NCBI GenBank assembly: GCA_904063045.1
Contig: CAJFCJ010000031.1
Location: forward strand, 248,001-312,000
Length of the DNA: 64,000 bases
Reading direction: 5' to 3'
From: Dimorphilus gyrociliatus
Lineage: Eukaryota > Animalia > Annelida
Numbering within the stretch: the stretch's first letter is position 1; each line of letters starts with the position of its first letter. Shown here piece after piece: positions 61,101-64,000 of the stretch. The notes below the pieces were generated by a model. The model did no database searches. It worked only from the letters and a program-made list of their open reading frames with translations, and was not told the DNA's origin. A program made the position numbers and the translations under genes.

Positions 61101-61888
61101 CGTTTTATATCGGTTGGCCCAATGACTTGGAGAAGGGGACGGAGACACCGGTGTTGAATGAGAAGGAGTGGTTGAAGTAGTCCTGTAAAACGTATTGATT
61201 GGTTGCTTATTAAAATGCCATTCGGGTTGTTGTTGAGAAATGGTTCGATGGAGGCTAGCGGACGGTGGGGAAGATGACCAATACAAATCAGAGTCTGGTG
61301 AAGAGGTCTCATATCTTCTAAGTTTATTAAGAGCCATTATAAGCTGATCTGTATGCTTCTCACAATCAAAGTTAATTAATACATTTCGAATATCAGCATC
61401 TTCCATACGTAACAGATTGTCCATATAATTAAAGTGCTTTGATAAATTTTCTGCCATCAATTCACTGAAACCAACTACCTTTAGCCATGTAGTTAATTGT
61501 GGATATTGACGTAATTCGCGGGGCATTTCGCTTTCAGGTACATCTTGTTTGGCTTTCAGTTGTAGTGCATAATTCTTAATCATTTTTGCCTAAGGGAGAA
61601 ATATATTATAAATTTATACATTGTTTCTTCTTTTTTTTACATTATCGTGATCGACAATTATAATAAGTCGATTGCCTTTGAAAGAAACATTTTTTTTTTG
61701 TTACAAACCTCCAATTCTTGTATTTCTATTAAGGCTGCGCTTTCAGTTTCGATCGTCATATCTCGCAATTTGATTACACCTTGAGCAGAGATATCTATGA
61801 GCCTTTGCATCTGCTGGCACTGTTCAATCGTCGTTTCCAAGCAACTTTTTTCCTTTTCTTCCTTCATATTTATACGTTCAGCATTCAT
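58184..61888 (-). CDS. KSR: Kinase suppressor of Ras (CC-SAM, C1, kinase domain), about 6 exons
   Basis: CC-SAM CQQMQRLIDIS...IQELE, YPQLTTWLKVVG; C1 CDHC...CK.CK.KFH.EC; kinase GEGRFG..W.GKWHGEVAIK, RKTRHDNLVLF.GAC, HKDLKSKN, SDFG, WLCYLAPEL; terminal HPVHLTRSAE. Confidence 0.93.
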
Positions 61889-62410
61889 TTAAATTTCGTT
61901 ATAAACAAACAGTTAAAACAAGTTGATTTCTCCTTGTACGGTTATATATTTCCATTATCTTTTCTACGTCGTCGTCGTCGTTATCAACTGAGAAAACTCA
62001 ACCGCCATATTAGCAATATTACCGGGTTGGTCTAAAAGACGGGCGGCGCAATAGCCAGCTAACGTTGTGACAAGAGCAGCTACTAGAGATCGTATTCCTG
62101 ACGCTTTTTACATTTTCCTATTTCTATTATTAGTTGTAATGTTTTATCTTTAAAAGATAAATATACGTGTGTATTTGAAATGACAAAAATTGGGCTAACA
62201 AAGTCTGCAATACGATGCCTTATTGTTTTTCCGCAGTAAAGCTTTTAAGTTTAACTGCTGTTAGTTTATTCTTTTATGGTATCAATCATAAAAAAACCCC
62301 AGATATTTTCATATTATTAGGACTATTCTCAATATGCTTTGTTATTTTCCTTTTAAATAAATTGCACTTTCAGCCAAATTAAACAACCTTAGGATTAAAT
62401 TGTATTAAGA

Positions 62411-62424
62411 CCAATAGATGGCTC
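62411..62424 (+). promoter_or_regulatory. CTCF-like motif upstream of KSR
   Basis: CCAATAGATGGCTC, about 520 bp upstream of the KSR ATG. Confidence 0.35.
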
Positions 62425-62937
62425 TGGTTCATTGATTGTTCGATAGGAGTGTAATTAGTATGCAGAATATTTAATATATATTGTATATATATATACATTA
62501 ACATTAAAAAAACAAAAAATTATTATGACGCTTATAACTTATATTAACGTAAAGTAGGTTTTTCTTTACAGGTTTAAATCTGCATGACTTATGACTAGAA
62601 GATAAAAATAAAAAGGCTTTAACACGCATATACATATGTATATATATGTAAGAATCACAAATGTAGGCTCAAGGACTCACATATGGAATATATAAACAGC
62701 TTCTTAGCCGTATGAAGTTGTGTGTCACGTACAACATCTACAACGATTAACACGCACAATAATTAAATTTGTAAATATTCTTTGACTTAGTTTACATTTT
62801 ACAGAAGAGAGAAGAGTTGATTGGGTCTAAAATATATATTCAGAAAGAATTATTCCTCTTTTCCTTGTTTGTTACTCTATATTCTCCTTATTTCCTTCAC
62901 ATTTTTACACCTCCAAATTTTATTTTCTTTATCTTGT

Positions 62938-64000
62938 TCATTTATTCTCTATTAATTCGTGCAATTTCCGAACAAGGTCACGAGCAATAGACAAAACTTC
63001 CTTGGCATTGTGCCTTTCAGCCATTTCTGTAAATAAAATAAGAAGGAAATAATGAAAGCTATATGCCTACGAAAAATTATTCTATTTTTTCCATCACGAT
63101 CTGAAAAATAATAAAAACTTACCGTTAAAGAATTTTATAATATCTGTAAAGTCCATATTATTATCGAGTATAATACCCCTGTAAGTTTGAACTAGAGCCA
63201 AGGCAATAAATGAGACAAAATGTTTAGAGCTTATATGCGCTGCTGCCCAAATTGTTTCCCAAACGCTAAAAATATCTTCATAAACGAGTTCTATAGGAAA
63301 GATAATAAAATAAGAACATTAATTATCTTTGTTATATGATTATAAACGAAATTTATTAAATAGATTCTAAAATCGAAATATAATGTAACTAACCCCTTTT
63401 GAAGTCTAATAGAAACCATCTGTAGCAGAAGTAAAAGTGGGTATAATCACCATTATGATGCATGTGTTCGAAAAGTTCGGAATCTAAAATCTGTTAGGAA
63501 GATTTAAACTTGCTCTATAAGAGGGAAGATGTTCGTTTTTTTTTTTAAAATAAATAATTACCTGTATAAGGGAACGCATATTAGCGAGATGTTGATCCAT
63601 TGCAATTCCATGAGGGAAATTTGCAGACATTCTCTTCATTAGTTCGCAAAAGCAACTATATGTTAGTTCTTCATCGTCTAGCACAACAAGAAGAGGTGCT
63701 ACCAAATCGCACATTCCCTGAACGTAACCCACGTCTAAACGCTCCCATACATATGTACACATAATATTACGCAGCTTATCTAAATTGACAGATGTTGAAA
63801 AATAGGGATAGTTTCTGTCGCAACGTTGTACATCCTTATCTATTCGATGCCAATTAAGAGCAACATTTTCCAACATAGCTCCTGAATAAACACCACCATT
63901 TGACGCTGGTGACGTAGGTGTAGAGTGTGGAGTTTGGGTAGCAGGCGGCAGTAATGGGGGTGGTGAACCTAATGAAGTAGGCCGATCTACAGACATCTCA
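62938..64000 (-). CDS. SGSM: Small G protein signalling modulator (RUN-TBC RabGAP), partial: last 4 exons, 5' part outside the window
   Basis: TBC domain [12 protein letters not shown]...GYVQGMCDL; [16 protein letters not shown]; VWETIWAA; [23 protein letters not shown]...K*. Confidence 0.92.

Noticed and set aside
1-64000. tRNA, rRNA, CRISPR arrays, intact transposons or LTRs
   Set aside because: I saw no cloverleaf with a T-loop, no rRNA-like segment, no regularly spaced direct repeats, and no transposase or RT ORF or terminal repeats.

Overview
A gene-dense, AT-rich animal genome segment with mostly 50-70 nt spliceosomal introns. About 21 protein-coding genes can be assembled by hand: UBE2M, MVP, RSKR, BAZ1B/WSTF-like, a candidate 51-aa tail-anchored micropeptide, EIF4G2, PLK1, CKAP5/XMAP215, CUEDC1, a divergent DDB1-like gene, ARMH1, PIFO/CIMAP3, UNC119, PHKG, PPTC7, an atypical insulin-like peptide, an ARM-TIR-SAM protein, two tandem innexins, KSR, and the 3' end of an SGSM gene. 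Gene content (vault protein, innexins, motile-cilia genes) and tiny introns suggest a compact-genome spiralian such as the annelid Dimorphilus; this is inference only. I found no tRNA, rRNA, CRISPR array or intact transposon. The most notable items, most of them not visible in the ORF track, are: (1) a spliced 10-Cys single-chain insulin-family gene at 50083-50599; (2) a SARM1-like but domain-permuted ARM-TIR-SAM candidate NADase; (3) CUG initiation of EIF4G2; (4) an unannotated spliced micropeptide; (5) a WSTF lacking its WAC domain but carrying a second PHD finger; (6) two candidate 15-nt microexons in CKAP5. Comparisons to human proteins are from recalled sequences and need confirmation by alignment.
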